Assembly: GCA_964016885.1 (NCBI GenBank)
Contig: CAXHJY010001394.1
Coordinates: 62,001-126,000 of the forward strand
Origin: Eledone cirrhosa
Lineage: Eukaryota
Reading direction: 5' to 3'
Length of the DNA: 64,000 bases
This document shows positions 62,601 to 64,000 of the stretch, piece by piece. A model generated the notes under the pieces. It saw only the letters and a program-made list of their open reading frames with translations, was not told where the DNA came from and did no database searches. Numbering within the stretch: position 1 is the first letter of the stretch; each line of letters opens with the position of its first letter. Both the position numbers and the translations under genes were made by a program.

Positions 62601-64000
62601 TGACCCACCACCCCAGATACTTTCAGTATCTCAGCAACTATCACCAATGGACAAGATACTTTCTCTGTCTTCATATCCTTAATTACCTTACTACACTACT
62701 GCTTACTTGTATGGCTGGACCCTCTGTTGGGCTCACTTTCCGTAGACTATCTTCCTCCCATGCATTCTCCTCATTCAGTAATCTTTCATAAAGGCATTTC
62801 CATGTTACAAAGGTTGGCTGAAAAGTTCATAGACTATCAATGATAGCATGATGCTAGAGCTGTGAAATCTTGCCTGCATTAATTTCAACTCTTCTTATTA
62901 ATAACTGCATTGTTTCCTTCCAGGGACTATGTTGAAAAATAAACCTCATTTGGTCATTCCATGAGTGTATCTTGGTCTGCCTATGAACTTTTCAGCTGAC
63001 CCTATTCAGCATCAGTGAGCCCAAATGCCCCATTATCATCCTGGACACACTTTACCCCAACATCACAATTTGCCCTCACACACTGCCTCACAATCCTGAA
63101 CATCTCATGTATTTCATCCTCACATCATAAAACCAACTGAAATTATATATTCTCTGCTTCCCTCCTTGCAAAGAATACTTCTTGCCTAGCTTCCTGTAGT
63201 GTACCCTCCAGCTGCCTCCATTCTGCCATTATTCCATGCCTGTCTCTTGGCCTTAACTGTCTCATCTACCCTAGTGTTTCACCACCAAGATACTCTCCTC
63301 TCTGAAGCCCTGCTCCAGCCACAGATCTAGTTTGACACCTTCAGCAAAGGTTCTTTAAGGAACTCCCACTGTTCCCCTATATTGTATGTTTCTATTTGTT
63401 CTTCCTTACTGTTGTAAAGATCAAACAAAATATCTCTAAATTTGGAACTGGCTGAGGGGTCCTTTAACTTCCATATCCTTCTCCTCCAAGTTGCCCTCAG
63501 TCTTCAAGTTCATCTAAGTCTATGAAATCACTAACTACTGGGTTATGTTGGGAGGTGCATTCTTCCCCAGGGGGTGGGGATTGTGTGTTTACAAATGTCA
63601 ATATCTCATCTTCTGGTGAGGATAAAAATCTGACTGGCATGCTCCTCTGACCAATAGGTGTTGAAGTGGTTGTCGGGTAAACGTTAAGACCCTCTGATAT
63701 ACATATATATATATATACTAGCAGTGGTACCCGGCGTTGCACGGGATAACGTATTTCGGAACGCGGGCCGCCATCTTCCACTTCAGCCGGTCGCCCTAAA
63801 GTGTTGGCTATTCAGTCTACTTGAGGCCAGTTGGTGAGGGGGGGGTACAGCTTTCAGTGTGCTACTACCCTCACGGTCAAATAGAAAGGGAGAGGAAGAA
63901 AAGTCAGCGTTAATATCGTGCTACACGTTTGAAAGGTTGGATGACCTTAGAGTTCACCAGGGTGGGGGGTTCTAAAAGTATCTATCTTGGTATTTTATCT
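56507..64000. repeat. Spacer copy E (3' end clipped by the window)
   Basis: Same content as spacer A at +56737 to +56754. It appears the most diverged copy and carries a 16-bp duplication near 59555-59590. Confidence 0.95.

Larger units (their letters stand above)
1..64000. repeat. Higher-order tandem macrosatellite: [~8.31-kb spacer + n x 1584-bp palindromic monomer]; five spacers (first and last clipped by the window) and four arrays
   Basis: Identical spacer ORFs recur at 1856, 18022, 35771, 47184 and 58593. The periods are 16166, 17749, 11413 and 11409 bp, which differ by about integer multiples of 1584. Confidence 0.97.

Noticed and set aside
1-64000. rDNA, 5S, snRNA, tRNA or histone gene cargo, as often found in tandem macro-units
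   Set aside because: No conserved signature of these genes was recognised on either strand by eye. An Infernal/Rfam and tRNAscan-SE scan would be the decisive test.

Overview
This is non-coding, repeat-derived eukaryotic DNA. It resembles octopus/coleoid cephalopod sequence (inference from the TA microsatellites, decayed RTE LINEs and MITE types). I found no intact protein-coding gene, rRNA, tRNA or CRISPR array. The whole window is one hierarchical macrosatellite. Each unit is a ~8.31-kb AT-rich spacer (TA and CT simple repeats, three decayed RTE-clade LINE pieces, three MITEs, a Helitron 3' end) followed by a CpG-rich array of a 1584-bp monomer. The four arrays (8077-15932, 24243-33682, 41992-45095, 53403-56506) hold 5, 6, 2 and 2 monomers, the last always cut to 1520 bp. 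The array sequence is itself palindromic: ~480-bp near-perfect inverted arms around a 27-nt centre containing AGCGTATACGCT, flanked by inverted GTAAACAA motifs. The arms are built from a 196-bp subrepeat in both orientations, giving nested hairpins. Position-specific SNPs record unequal exchange, including one breakpoint mappable to 60 bp. Function is not demonstrated; all alignments were done by eye.
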